A stretch of DNA of 62,919 nucleotides, counting the filler, from Octopus bimaculoides (lineage: Eukaryota), in the NCBI RefSeq assembly GCF_001194135.2. It is 4 parts of 4 records of this genome, joined end to end, with 100 filler letters (N's around TTAATTAATTAA, not from the genome) between each part and the next. Parts side by side here need not be neighbours in the genome. Positions count along the whole stretch, not along the records: positions 1 to 25,887 come from NC_069005.1; 3 more parts are not named here. One strand, 5' to 3'. The notes under the pieces were generated by a model. The model was not told the DNA's origin. It searched no databases and was given only the letters and a program-made list of their open reading frames with translations. Shown here in pieces: positions 1 through 13,032 of the stretch; the stretch's first letter is position 1; every line of letters begins with the position of its first letter. A program made the translations under genes and the position numbers.

Positions 1-535
1 CGTGTGTGTGTGTGTGTGTGTGTCTATACATGTATATGTCTTTAAAAGCTTTTGTGAAAAAAACGTTCTATATATAAACATATATAATGTCGTGATATCC
101 CTTGGGTTGGAAGCACTTAAATACTCCACAATAGAAAGTAATGGTCCTTCAGTTGTTATATTGCAGGCAAAACTGTCCATTGCAATTGGGTTCTCTTCGA
201 GATTGTGCAGACGTTACAAAGAGGTGTTGCAGTTGTTACATAATAAGGCATCTTACTGGGTTTTTCTCACTTTTTTGAGAATATGCATGTGTGTGTGTGT
301 GTGTTTATATACCCACTCATATGTGTGTGCATCTGTGTGTGTGTGTGTGTGTGTGTGTGTACATGTACCCATATATCCATCCATTAATATAAGTATAATG
401 TGCAACAAATGTCAATGGGCACATTTTTACACCTTCCATGTATATTTGTATATGTATACACACAGCCACACACACACATATGCATAGATGTACAAGTGTA
501 TATTGGTGTATGTGTATGTATGTATATATGCATAT

Positions 536-624
<89 letters not shown>

Positions 625-631
625 CACATAT

Positions 632-662
<31 letters not shown>

Positions 663-1043
663 AGGATGGAGGGGAGAGAGAGAGAGAGAGATTTACTGAT
701 GGATAGACATACATTCATAGAGGAAAATGTACACGAATTCTACAATGTACATTCACCTAGAACACACAGATATACATAGATTCGTCGATCCTCATATCAA
801 ACTACCCCATACACATACAAATCCATGCTCACCTGCATACATACACACTTACATGAACACACACACACATTCACACACGTCCACCTACCTTACACACATA
901 TTCATTTAATATGCAACGGTAATGAAATCCCACACCACACATGTAAATACCTACATCATAACAGTTAACATGTCAACAACCCATACATGTCACCTACCAC
1001 ATGTAAGTTTGAATAAACACATGTAGACACGGACAGATATATG

Positions 1044-1073
<30 letters not shown>

Positions 1074-1075
<2 letters not shown>

Positions 1076-1200
1076 GCTGTGTGGTAAGTAGCTTGCTTAC
1101 TAACCACATGGTTCTGGGTTCAGTCCCACCTTGGGCAAGTGTCTTCTATAGCCTCTGAGTGACCAAAACCTAGCGAGTGGATTTGGTAGACAGAAACTGA
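1074..1200 (+). mobile_element. tRNA-derived SINE family A, 5' part
   Basis: TGGCTGTGTGGTAAGTAGC...GGGTTCAGTCCC head, then CTTGGGCAAGTGTCTTCT. The same sequence recurs at 8074, 28174, 32930 and 45684. Confidence 0.85.
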
Positions 1201-1369
1201 TGCCAATCACACACACACACTCACACTCACACATACACTCACACACATACATACATATATATTCACACACATATAAATGCAAAGTACATGCACATGCACC
1301 AATGGTAGCCTTGCTATGTACCTCACATCTCAAATCATACTGTATTGCTGTTCCTCCTCCTCCTCCTTA

Positions 1370-1414
<45 letters not shown>

Positions 1415-1417
<3 letters not shown>

Positions 1418-1625
1418 TAGTGAGCTGGCAGAATCGTTAGCACGCCAAGTGAAATGCTGAGTAGTATTTAGTCTGTCTTTGTGTTCTGAGTTCAAATTCT
1501 GCTGAGGTCGAGTTTGCCTTTCATCCTTTCAGGGTCAATAAATTAAGTACCAGTTATGCACTGGGGTCGATGCAAATGACTTACCTCTTCCCTGAAATTG
1601 CTGGCCTTGTGCCAAAATTTGAAAT
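1415..1625 (+). mobile_element. SINE family B, full copy between (TAT)n tracts
   Basis: GAGCTGGCAGAATCGTTAGC...GAGTTCAAATTC...TGGGGTCGATG...GCCTTGTGCCAAAATTTGAAA; more than 15 related copies in the window. Confidence 0.85.
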
Positions 1626-1636
1626 CATCGTCATCG

Positions 1637-1672
<36 letters not shown>

Positions 1673-3333
1673 GAGGTAGAGTTAATAGCAGTAGTAGTAG
1701 AAACTTTCAGGTGTGTGCACATGCATATGCACACATACCATTCTAATAAACATGCATTCATAAATACAGCCAAACGTGTACAGATGCATGCACATGTGGA
1801 AATACATACATGGATGATTATTTTCTCTGCCTTAAGTATCGTTTTCCTAGATTCCCAATGACGTCTCCACTTATGTGTGTTACACATGTATGTATATGAA
1901 TACTTTTTCAGTGTATATACATATATATANNNNNNNNNNNNNNNNNNNNNNNNNNNNNNNNNNNNNNNNNNNNNNNNNNNNNNNNNNNNNNNNNNNNNNN
2001 NNNNNNNNNNNNNNNNNNNNNNNNNNNNNNNNNNNNNNNNNNNNNNNNNNNNNNNNNNNNNNNNNNNNNNNNNNNNNNNNNNNNNNNNNNNNNNNNNNNN
2101 NNNNNNNNNNNNNNNNNNNNNNNNNNNNNNNNNNNNNNNNNNNNNNNNNNNNNNNNNNNNNNNNNNNNNNNNNNNNNNNNNNNNNNNNNNNNNNNNNNNN
2201 NNNNNNNNNNNNNNNNNNNTATTTAACCTCTCTCTCCTTTTGCTTTTTATTGGTTTTGTTTTAATGGTTTTATTTTTTTTGTTTTCTGGGGTCGGTGGAG
2301 AGAAACGAGAAGTTTTCTCTGAATAATAACATCTCAGAAAATACGCGAGTTTGCAGGGCAGTAAGATATTTGATGTAAATCCAAGCAAAAAGTGCTGGTA
2401 TCCACATTAAACTCCTCGAAGTGTGTAGAAACACACACACACACACAATTACGTACAAACATACACACACACAATTACGTACAATCATACACACACACAC
2501 ACACACATATATATACACACACACACACACGCAAACACATAATTACCCTATATGTATATATATTCATGTATATGGATATGTATATATAGATACACACACA
2601 CACATATATAATATATACATATATATACACACACACACAAGGTTACCCTATGTATATATATGTATGTATATATGTAGATACACACACACACACACACACA
2701 ATTACGTACAAACATACACACACACATATATATACACACACACACATATATACTATATACATATATATATACACATACACATAGTTACCCTATATGTATA
2801 TATATGTAGATACACACACACACATACACATATGAATATTGATGTATATTTACGTGTGTGTATCTGTGAGAAAGTGTCAGTGTGACTGTGTGTTTATGTA
2901 TATATATGTATATTCAAAATGTGAAGTATTCAGTTCAGCCTTTCAATTTCTTTTCCACATACTGACAACACACATACATATTAAACGCATGTCCTTTCCT
3001 CACCTACTTCTGTGTCACTTATACAATCATATATGCGCATGCTACACACACACACACACACACACACACACTCATATACATACAGACACAAATTCCCACC
3101 CTGAGGGTCCCAAAGCATATTGCATTTATTCTTCATATGTAAGGAAAAGTTGGGTTGGGTCTTTTTCTTTTTTTTTTTTTTGTGGTATTTCTGTTATTTA
3201 TTAAAAAAAAAGAAAATTCCTTCTTCTTTCTTTTCTTCTGCTCCTACTCCATCTTGCTAACACTCTTAGATGCAACCTCGAGAAATTTTATCAAGAAATC
3301 ATAAATGCTGTATACATACATGCATATATATAT

Positions 3334-3367
<34 letters not shown>

Positions 3368-3488
3368 TTGTATATATGTTGGTGTATGTTTGTAAGTATA
3401 TGTGTGTGTGTGTATATTTACAAAGAAGGAAGTTGCATTATGGTCATCGTCGTCGTCATCATCGTCATCATCATCATCATCATCATCG

Positions 3489-3531
<43 letters not shown>

Positions 3532-3658
3532 TATTATTAGCAGTAGTATTAGCATTGTCCATGATAATAGCAAAACTAGTGGCAATGATATTAGTAGTAT
3601 TTTGTACTTAGATGTTCCTATTATTTGACAACTCAACATTTATTATTTCTGATATATA

Positions 3659-3726
<68 letters not shown>

Positions 3727-3727
<1 letters not shown>

Positions 3728-4849
3728 TGGGTCATACCATAAATCATGTGATTTTTTTCAGTTGCATGAACTAAAACTCAGAGGGGACAGGATAAGCTAC
3801 CTTCATCAACTTAAACGCAGCTAGTAATTTTACCTTGTACTCATTCTTTGTGCAAGTTTTGTAGAGTGCAATTAATTTTAAAAGTTATTTTTTCAAAGCT
3901 ATAATGGAAGTGACAAAGGGGCATAAGTCAGTGTCAAAGATGGTTCCAGAAATGCTAAGCCAGAAACTACAGCCTAGAAGATGAGTCTTGTTCTGGAAGA
4001 TCTGTAGAGCTTAACGAGGATGTCCTGCAAACACTGGTGGAACAAAATCTCATTGTAACTGTTGAGGAACTAACAGAGAAGCTTGGATTTGGTCATTCAA
4101 CCATTCATTGACACCTGTGTGCCATTGGAAAAGTTAGAAAATAGAGTCAATGGGTTCCTCACAGACTTTTCGAGTCTAATCACACACAGAGAGGGAATGA
4201 GTCCTCATCTTTGCTGTCATATCTCACGAATGAACCTTTTTTTTGTACCCAAAAGTGACTGGTGATGATAAATGGGTTCTCTATAAAAATGTCAAGCACT
4301 GAAGACAGTAGGTAGGGAAAGGAGAAACACCAGCACCCTAGACTAAAGAAGATCTTCACCTACGTAAGGTGTTGCTATCTGTTTGATGGGACATGAATGG
4401 TTTAGTTCATTTTGAAATTTTAAACCCAAACCAAATGATAACAGAGGAGATCTACTGTGAGTTTTTGGTTTCAAGATGAAAGGTGTTCTTCTATCAGAAT
4501 AATGCTTGGCCACTTAAGTGAGGATGACATTTCAAAGGCTGGAGCAGTTTGAATGGGAAATGATGCCCTACCCACCATATTCGCCAGATATTGCCCCATC
4601 TGATTATCATTTATTCCACAGTCTTCAAAATCATTAGGACACGAAAAATATGAATTCTGTAGACAAGATCAGAACAGTACTGGAGGAGTATTTTTTGTCA
4701 CAGACAAATGAAATTTGGAAGAGGGGCCTTACAAGTCTACCAAATAGATGGAAGAGCACTGTAGAAAATGAAGGAGAGTATATTTTAGATTAATAAAGAA
4801 CTTTATCTTAATTTTGAAAGAAAGCTACATTATTTATGGGATGATGCAA
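3727..4849 (+). mobile_element. Mariner (DD34D) DNA transposon, decayed
   Basis: TA at 3725-26 and 4850-51. Imperfect TIRs TTGGGTCATACCATAAATCATGTG / TACATTATTTATGGGATGATGCAA. Internal transposase motifs present. Confidence 0.93.
3904..4793 (+). pseudogene. Mariner transposase pseudogene (stops, frameshifts, N-terminal deletion)
   Basis: Translated segments: MEVTKGH; NYSLEDESCSGRSVELNEDVLQTLVEQN; QWVPHRL (WVPHEL motif); VTGDDKWVLYKN; QNNAWP (HDNARP); PYPPYSPDIAPSDYHLF (YSPDLAP motif); ENEGEYILD*. Confidence 0.93.
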
Positions 4850-5065
4850 TATATATATATTCACACATATATACATATATATAATATCTATATATATATA
4901 TAATTCATATAGATCTTTATCTATCTCTGTATATAATACATATACATAAATATGTAAGTTTTTGCCAAAAATACTCATTTTAGTCATGGTATTTGATGAA
5001 ACATTTTCTTAAAGGTTGTGAACTTTGTAAAAAGATGTGTTTTTGAAAAACGGAATGATACAAAC

Positions 5066-5161
5066 CTTTTGGAAAGATGTTCCCATATTGGGTGTAAGGG
5101 CTTTCATCATTCAACGTTTCAAATGTATATGTAATGGACTCATCGTACATAAGTAGTTGCA
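5066..5161 (-). CDS. Candidate coding exon, phase 1-1 (QLLMYDESITYTFETLNDESPYTQYGNIFPK), product unknown
   Basis: Open frame, donor AAAG|GTTTGT, weak AAG acceptor. Phase-compatible with 5243-5393 across an 81-nt intron. Confidence 0.35.
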
Positions 5162-5242
5162 CTTCATAATAGTGTTAAATATTTGCGGTTTAGAAAATTA
5201 CTATTTTTTAATCTCACAACGTGAGATATTCAGCAACAGTAC

Positions 5243-5393
5243 TTTGTAGGAAAGATTGTCTGCCATTATCCTTTTCTCCTTCAAGTTGCACAGATATTGT
5301 TTTGAGCTGAGTGGGGATTCTAGATTCCCTTGTTAGAAAATGTAAGGACACAGATCGTGTCATATAGCCAGCTGGAGACGATGTCTCCTGGCG
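5243..5393 (-). CDS. Candidate coding exon, phase 0-1 (RQETSSPAGYMTRSVSLHFLTRESRIPTQLKTISVQLEGEKDNGRQSFLQ), product unknown
   Basis: TTTAG acceptor, 50 open codons of non-repetitive composition, weak GTACTG donor. Confidence 0.35.
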
Positions 5394-6673
5394 CTAAATT
5401 ACAGCAACATTAGTCCTAAACCAGGACTGCCAGGTTGTATTGGCAAACATTCTTTACTACATTTGCAGTTTAGTTTCAAATTTAAGAATCTTATTAAGTG
5501 TTTTTCTTTTACCTTTCATAGTTGATCATTTTCGTCTTTATTTCACAAAAGTGAAATATTTCAAATTTTCCATTTGTACAAAGGTCACTAAGAGATGAAT
5601 CTTTAATTTACTGTTTGTGCACTCTCACACAGCTGGTTAGTTTTGTTCCATTTCACTGATCTAACTGTCATTGTATTGTGTGCATGTGATGCAGTGGATA
5701 AGAATTTTTGCTTTGCTATTCATATTTGCATTCAACTTCAGTTCATTCTCCTGAATCTTTTGGCTCTTCCATGTTCCATTATTTTACACGTCTCACACCA
5801 TGTGTCTGCACACATTGTTACCTGCACTTTTTTTTTTCTCTGATGTGTATCTCACCTTTGTTAGGAGTCTTTTGAGATTTTGTGGTTGTCTTCAGCTATT
5901 GATGATTTGTGATTATTTAATCACTTGTTGGATATTTGATGATTGATATATAATTGGGAGTTATCATTTGGCTGAATCAGTTATAATTGTCTCATTTTCT
6001 TTAATTATCAGAATGTCCAGAAAAGGACATACATTTCCTTTGTGAAGTGGATCAATTTATGAATGCTATTTACTAATTTAAAAATCTTACTTATGTTACA
6101 AAATATAAAGTAATCATCCAAGAATCTTTTCCAGTTTCCTATTAAATAGAATTAGAAACGTTGATTAGGATTCCAGACAGGTATTGATTTTTTTTCTAGA
6201 AATCCCACTACCAGTGTTGCAAACTTTGGTTCAACTTTTATCTCCGTTGCTGTGCCTTATATTTGTATGTAATATTGGTTATGAAAAAAAAAAATAGTTG
6301 TTTTCTAATAGCAGTCATGATACTTCAAGTATAAATTCTATTGGGAATGACTCCTGAATTCTTTGTGTTTATTTGACTATCTAGAATTTTGCTGCTCCTA
6401 ATTCTAGTATATGAGATTGTGTTGAGACTGCTTACTTTGAAACTAACTGGGATTGTCTCTTCAACCACTCTTCAACTTACACATGGTGTAAGGAGTCCAT
6501 GTCATCATTCATGAAACAGGGACTACTTTGCACAATGGTTTCAACATTACTTCAAGAAAGTTGCTTAATCACTAGGTTCTAGATGATGGTCCTGCAACAT
6601 ATATATATATATGCATGTATACATCCACACACACACATATGTATAGATACATACACACACCCATATATCACCG

Positions 6674-6848
6674 TCATCATCATCATCGTTTAACGTCCGC
6701 TTTCCATGCTAGCATGGGTTGGACAATTTGACTGAGGACTGGTGAACCAGAGGGCTGCACCAGGCTCCAATCTGCTCAGGCAATGTTTCTACAGCTGGAT
6801 GCCCTTCCTAATGCCAACCACTCTGAGAGTGTAGTGGGTGCTTTTATG

Positions 6849-6853
<5 letters not shown>
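6674..6853 (-). mobile_element. Retroposon family C, 3' end with (GAT)n tail
   Basis: CATCATCGTTTAACGTCCGCTTTCCATGCTAGCATGGG...GGATGCCCTTCCTAATGCCAACCACTC; related copies at 11623 and 17991. Confidence 0.8.
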
Positions 6854-6885
<32 letters not shown>

Positions 6886-7245
6886 TATGCACACACACAC
6901 ACACACACACACACNNNNNNNNNNNNNNNNNNNNNNNNNNNNNNNNNNNNNNNNNNNNNNNNNNNNNNNNNNNNNNNNNNNNNNNNNNNNNNNNNNNNNN
7001 NNNNNNNNNNNNNNNNNNNNNNNNNNNNNNNNNNNNNNNNNNNNNNNNNNNNNNNNNNNNNNNNNNNNNNNNNNNNNNNNNNNNNNNNNNNNNNNNNNNN
7101 NNNNNNNNNNNNNNNNNNNNNNNNNNNNNNNNTACACATACATATATATACATAGGGGAACAGTCTTCTTTTAGACATCTCATATTGAAAACATGTCAAT
7201 GCTCACATTCATCTTTTTTTTATCAAGATACATACATATATATCT

Positions 7246-7283
<38 letters not shown>

Positions 7284-7470
7284 ATGTATATATATATATA
7301 TATATGTATATATATACACATATGTGTGTGTATATATATATATATGTATGTGTGTATATATATATATATATGTGTGTATATATATATATATATGTCTATA
7401 TATATATGTGTATATATATATATATGTTTGCATATATATATATGTATGTATATGTATATATATATGTATG

Positions 7471-7503
<33 letters not shown>

Positions 7504-7596
7504 ACATAAATGTACACACACGTGTGTGTGTGTATGTAAGATGTGTGAGTCTAGATATATATATGTACACATATCAAAAATATATGTATGAACGAT

Positions 7597-7635
<39 letters not shown>

Positions 7636-7687
7636 GACTTGTGTTGATTTAGTCTTCCTCTTTGCTTTTTTCTCCTCTCTTTGTTAC

Positions 7688-7786
7688 TTTTAAAAATTCA
7701 ATTCGTTTCTTTTTAATCTTATCTTCTGGTTCTTTAACCTTAATTGTATTCGATATATCGTTATCGAATTGTTCCGAGAACGACAT
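7688..7786 (-). CDS. Candidate initial coding exon (MSFSEQFDNDISNTIKVKEPEDKIKKKRIEFLK)
   Basis: AAAATGT start context, 33 codons of charged protein-like sequence, phase-0 donor AAA|GTAACA matching the phase-0 acceptor at 5393. Confidence 0.35.
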
Positions 7787-8073
7787 TTTTGCCGAAGATA
7801 AGAGACAGACAGAGAATTTCTCGTGTCAATATGATGTATTAAAATGTCATTTCACAGTGTTGTAGCTTAGTTTAGCTTAACTCAGCTTAAAATAACAAAT
7901 GATGAGTTGGATGAGGTGGTTGGGTAGGAGTGGGAATGGTGGTGGTGGTGGTGGTGGTGAGGGAGATGCTCTTCTCAGGGTTGCTTTCTGCATAAAAAAC
8001 TTATAGTCAAGTCCCCTCCCCAAATGGCCAAATTAAGTTTTAGTGATTTAAATTAAAAGCAAAATGTACCTAT

Positions 8074-8470
8074 GGCACAGGAATGGCTGTGTGGTAAGAA
8101 GCTTGCTTCCCAAGTGGGACTGATTCTGTGTCCAGTCCCACTGTATGGCATCAAGTGTCTTCTGCTATAGCTGTGAGACAACCAAAGCCTTGTGAGTGGA
8201 TGTGATAAATGGAAAATGAAGGAAGCCTATCGTATATATATATATATATGTATATATCTGTGTCAGTATTTGTCCTCCATCATTGCTTGACAACTGCTCG
8301 GTGTGTTTACATTCTGATGACTTAGTGGTTCAATGACAGTGATGATAAAATAAGTACCAGGCTTTAAAAAAATGAAGTATTCAGGGTTGATCAATTTGAC
8401 TAAAAATTCTTCAAGGTTGTGCCCCAGCATGGCCACAGTCTAATGACTGAAACAAGTAAAAGATAAAAGA
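8074..8470 (+). mobile_element. SINE family A, near full length with internal microsatellite
   Basis: Head GGCACAGGAATGGCTGTGTGGTAAG, internal (AT)n, tail CCAGCATGGCCACAGTC...GACTGAAACAAGTAAAAG. A second partial head lies at ~8533-8660. Confidence 0.85.
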
Positions 8471-9278
8471 AAAAAAGAAATCAAGATTTTAAAAAAATAC
8501 ATCATTTGCTTTAATAATTAATCAGGTGTAATCACAGTTGTGTGGTTAAAGAATTCATTTCCTAACAACATGGTTCTGGGTTCAGTCCCGCTGCATGGTA
8601 CATTGGGTGAGTGTTTCTTTTATAGCCCTGAGCTGACCAAAGCCTTCTGAGTGGATTCGTGATGGACATTGTGCGAAGTGTGGTGTCACCTCTCAATTAT
8701 CATTACTCCCAGCCCCATTCTGACCTAATACAGTTCTACCCTGTCAGAGTGCCATCTATGGGTGAAATAAATTTCCCAAAGGGTCCCTTTATTTTTGGTA
8801 AAGCCATAGAGAAGGTACTTCTTCTAGGAGAAAGATACTCTAGCCAGCAGGTGCTGTCATTTGAAGGCTAAAACAATGCAAAAAAGTGCATTGTGATCAG
8901 CGATGTGTAACAACATCTGATTGGTCTGCCACGTGATAAATTGATCACATCTATGTGACTAACTGTCTATCTGTCTGTCTGCTTGCCTGTGTGTGTGTTC
9001 TTGTGACCCTGCCTTTACAGAGTGTGACTATTTCAAACAAGTGTCATTTACCATCTTTCCATGCAAACATGTGCAGCTATGGAGAAATATGACACTGCTT
9101 GGAAATAGGTGAAGATTGGTGACAGAAAGGGCATCTCACTGTAGAATATCTGTCGCAAAAAGTTCTGTCAGAGCCATACAAGCATAGGTCAGACTGTGTA
9201 TTGAGACTAAAACAATTACAACATGAAAGACACATATTAACATTTCAAAGATGCACAGAAACTGCTAACTTCGCTTAA

Positions 9279-9564
9279 CCCATTACCTTCCATAATTCTA
9301 TTAACTGGAATTCTTTTATGAAATTTTGATTTCTAGCATAAAACAGCCTTAGAAACACACTGGAATGATCAAAATAACATTTCAAAATAACATTTTAAAT
9401 GGAAATAAGCAAGATATTGGGTGAAAAATTAGCAAACCTCATTTGAATATCAGAGAAATATACCTAGTAGATATAGCAAAAAGGTTAGATATGTGTAAAT
9501 ATTGACAGATAATTAAGAAATTTGTAATTTTTAAGTGATTTCATATGAGATCAATGGTAAAGGG
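9279..9564. mobile_element. piggyBac-like MITE
   Basis: TTAA at 9275-78 and 9565-68, with CCC...GGG termini (TTAACCCATTACC / GGTAAAGGGTTAA). Confidence 0.6.
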
Positions 9565-10722
9565 TTAAACGCTTTTTATTTGATGTTAAGTCAAAATTTT
9601 CCATGCACTGTGACCTGACCACTAACAACTGGTTTGTGGTGACATTATTGATCTGCATACATAGGTTCCAGAGTTATAAATTTTTACATCTATATTGGTT
9701 GGTATTCAGGGTGGGTGCTTCACAGTCGGTCAGTTAAATTAGTATTTGGTTTTATTTGCTAAAGGGTAATAGCTAAACGTTAATAAAAATGAAGTGGTGA
9801 CATGATCCATTTGCACAGAGTCTGCCAACTTCACTTAAAAACCTTTTTTTTTCATTTGGTGTCAAAATATTCCATACATCGTGATCTAGTTACTAACACA
9901 GTTCATCACAAAGCTGTGATAAGATCTATTTGCTCCCTATAATTTCTACTCATTCTTAGTACGGATAATGACTATTTGAAAGGAGTGACTTTAGAGGTTG
10001 ATAAACATTAAGATCAAATATTTAACCCTTTTGATCCAAAATCGCCTGAGACAGCCTCTGGTTCTATGATACAGATGCATAGGAAACCAAAATTGTATGT
10101 GGGTATGATTCTTTCAAGAACCAAATATAAGCAGAGAGTGCTGTCATAAACTTTTTGTCAGGGATAGTAAAACGTTGTTTAAACTGGTAGTTACCAGTCT
10201 TGAAATCATAATGGGTTATTTATTTTTTTTATATATATATATATATGTTCTATTATATATATCCATTAAAAAATTTTTTTTTGTTTTTTTTTTTGTTTCA
10301 TCGATCACAACTATCGGGGATTGAAACCAAGAAATGTGGAGTTCCGATTTGAGAGGTTTTTTTTAGTTCCCTATATACATGTGTGTGTGTATGTGTGTAT
10401 GTTTGTGCAATATATTTGCATATACTTATACACACACACACCCCATCTGCCCACACAAACGTGTGTGTGTGTGTGTGTGCATGTATGTGCATATATAAGC
10501 TATTTCTAAATTTTCTTTCATGTAGCTGGGGAAATTAAACTATATTCAATTTATGTATGTGAATTTAACTTCTGCACTTTGTCGAAATGTTTCAACATTG
10601 CAATTACCTGAGACTTAATCAGTTTTGTCTTCCAAGAATATGTTATTAAAGTCACTGGTAAACAAACAGCATGTGATAATGTTTCTAGAGAACTGTATTA
10701 CATACAAACAACTGCGTATATA

Positions 10723-10779
<57 letters not shown>

Positions 10780-10970
10780 GTATGTATATACCTATGTACA
10801 GATATTTATCTATTTGAATCTATATACATACATATATATATATATATATATATGTACATATATATATATATATATATAATCTACACACTTAACCTACCCT
10901 TAGGAACACCGTTATACATGCACACATACAAACATGTGCATATATGTATGCACGTCTCTATATATATATA

Positions 10971-11004
<34 letters not shown>

Positions 11005-11235
11005 NNNNNNNNNNGTGTGTATATATATATACATATATTTGAGCGTATACGTATATAATTTCTCAGGTCTTACTAGTTAACAAATTATGCAATTCAGCAA
11101 AAAATGCATTTGCTTGCTTACATAATATGCAGTTTCTTACACATTTCCCCCTCACACACACACACACACACACACGCACACACACACTCTCTCTCTCTCT
11201 TTCACTCCTACACATGCAAATATACATGCATATAT

Positions 11236-11268
<33 letters not shown>

Positions 11269-11622
11269 TGCAAATATATAGACATATATATTTATATATA
11301 CATATGGACGCACACATAAACCATCATGCTGACAAGTATATGCTCATATACATACAAATGAACGTAAGAGCTGGCAATTAAAACTCTAATAGCATTCTCA
11401 CACCCACTCATATAGCCGTTCGTATTCATTTACAACACACACACGCGCGCACAGGCACGCACGTACACACACACACACATCTAAACAGAAATTAAGCAGA
11501 TTATATGCAGTCATGCATACACCCCCTCAAACTTCCTGTAGGCATAATATATACCCCTCTGCTTCTCCCTCTGTGTCTCTCTCTGCATATATATATCTAT
11601 ATATATATATATATATACTTAT

Positions 11623-11806
11623 ATGTAAAATGCACCCACTACACTCTTAGAGTTGTTGGCATGAGGAAGGGCATCCAGGTGTAGAAACATTGCCAAATCA
11701 GATTTGAGCCTGGTGCAGCCAGTGGTACGCCAGACCTCAGTCAAACCATTCAACCCATGCCAGCATAGAAAACGGATGTTAGACGATGATGATGATGATG
11801 ATGATG
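11623..11806 (+). mobile_element. Retroposon family C, 3' end with (GAT)n tail
   Basis: Reverse complement of the 6674-6853 sequence, ending CGGATGTTAGACGATGATGATG. Confidence 0.8.
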
Positions 11807-11869
11807 GTGTATATGTATGTATATACTTATATGTATGCATATGTATATACGTATATGTATATGTCTGTA

Positions 11870-12040
11870 TATCTTTTACATCTTGTTGTTATTTGACTGG
11901 GACCATGCTGGAGCACCACCTTAAATTGTTTTATTGAACAAATTGATCCCAGTACTTTTGATGTTCATTTGCCACTAAGTTGTGAGTACATAAACCAACC
12001 AACACCCATTGTCTAGTGGCAGTGGGAGCTGGTGTCCCCT
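11870..12040 (-). mobile_element. SINE family A, 3' part, degenerate
   Basis: TTTGACTGGGACCATGCTGGAGCACCACC is the reverse complement of the family A tail. Confidence 0.65.
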
Positions 12041-12058
12041 TCCTTGAAATCTCTGAAC

Positions 12059-12208
12059 CTATTTTGTTCCACACGTTCGTCGACAGTCTTGGGCTTCCCA
12101 CAACATTAATTTCTTTTGTCATTGCCCTTGAACTCAGATTTTTATTTCCACAAATAGTGTAAAATGACTCTAGTTGCAATTTTTTTTCCTCACCACTCAT
12201 TCTCAAAG
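12059..12208 (-). CDS. Candidate coding exon, phase 1-1 (LRMSGEEKKLQLESFYTICGNKNLSSRAMTKEINVVGSPRLSTNVWNKI)
   Basis: Strong T-rich acceptor TTTATTTTTTATGTTACAG, 150 nt open only in phase 1, donor ATAG|GTTCAG. Unique sequence between two SINEs. Confidence 0.45.
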
Positions 12209-12644
12209 CTGTAACATAAAAAATAAACAATTCATGTTACTACATTTGTTGGCACTCTGTCGCTTACGACGTCGAGGGTTCCAGTTGATCCAATCAACAG
12301 AACAGCCTGCTCGTGGAATTAACATGCAAGTGGCTGAGCACTCCACAGACACGTGTACCCTCACCATAGTTCTCGGGGGATATTCAGCGTGACACAGTGT
12401 GACAAGGCTGGCCCTTTGAATTACAGGCACAACAGAAACAGGAAGTAAGAGTGAGAGAAAGTTGTGGTGGANNNNNNNNNNNNNNNNNNNNNNNNNNNNN
12501 NNNNNNNNNNNNNNNNNNNNNNNNNNNNNNNNNNNNNNNNNNNNNNNNNNNNNNNNNNNNNNNNNNNNNNNNNNNNNNNNNNNNNNNNNNNNNNNNNNNN
12601 NNNNNNNNNNNNNNNNNNNNNNNNNNNNNNNNNNNNNNNNNNNN

Positions 12645-13032
12645 ATTTGTTGGCACTCTGTCGCTTACGACGTCGAGGGTTCCAGTTGATCCAATCAACA
12701 GAACAGCCTGCTCGTGGAATTAACATGCAAGTGGCTGAGCACTCCACAGACACGTGTACCCTTAACGTAGTTCTCAGGGATATTCAGCGTGACACAGAGT
12801 GTGACAAGGCTGACCCTTTGAATTACAGGCACAACAGAAACATGAAGTAAGAGTGAGAGAAAGTTGTGGTGGAAGAGTACAGCAGGGTTCGCCACCATCC
12901 CCTGCCGAGGCCTCGTGGACCTTTTAGATGTTTTCACTCAATAAACATTCACAACGTCCGGTCTAGGAATCGAATCCATGATGCTATGACTGCGAGTCCG
13001 CTGCCCTAACCCCTGGGCCATTGCACCTCCAC
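12645..13032 (-). mobile_element. tRNA-derived SINE family E
   Basis: Minus-strand head GTGGAGGTGCAATGGCCCAGGGGTTAGGGCAGCGGACTCGCAGTC...GGATTCGATTCCTAGACC with A- and B-box-like motifs. The 3' part is repeated at 12244-12471. Confidence 0.8.

Noticed and set aside
80-290. Unique block with partly open frames on both strands
   Set aside because: No convincing splice pair or recognisable domain. It could be a further exon of the minus-strand chain, but this is unsupported.
5270-5393. Faint resemblance of AGY...P..L......EG to the teneurin FN-plug region
   Set aside because: Recalled from memory only; spacing differs and there are no other teneurin features. Would need an HMM search.
9630-9700. 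Minus-strand DVKIYNSGTYVC, Ig F-strand-like
   Set aside because: Weak acceptor, nearby in-frame stops on both sides, and no properly spaced upstream Cys/Trp.
12244-12880. Apparent tandem duplication of SINE E across a gap
   Set aside because: The copies directly flank an N gap and differ at a few positions. Most likely unmerged haplotypes or mis-joined repeat copies, although a true duplication is not excluded.
12960-13032. tRNA gene calls for SINE heads (here and in families A, B and D)
   Set aside because: A/B-box-like motifs continue into SINE bodies and occur in many diverged copies; no complete cloverleaf could be verified.
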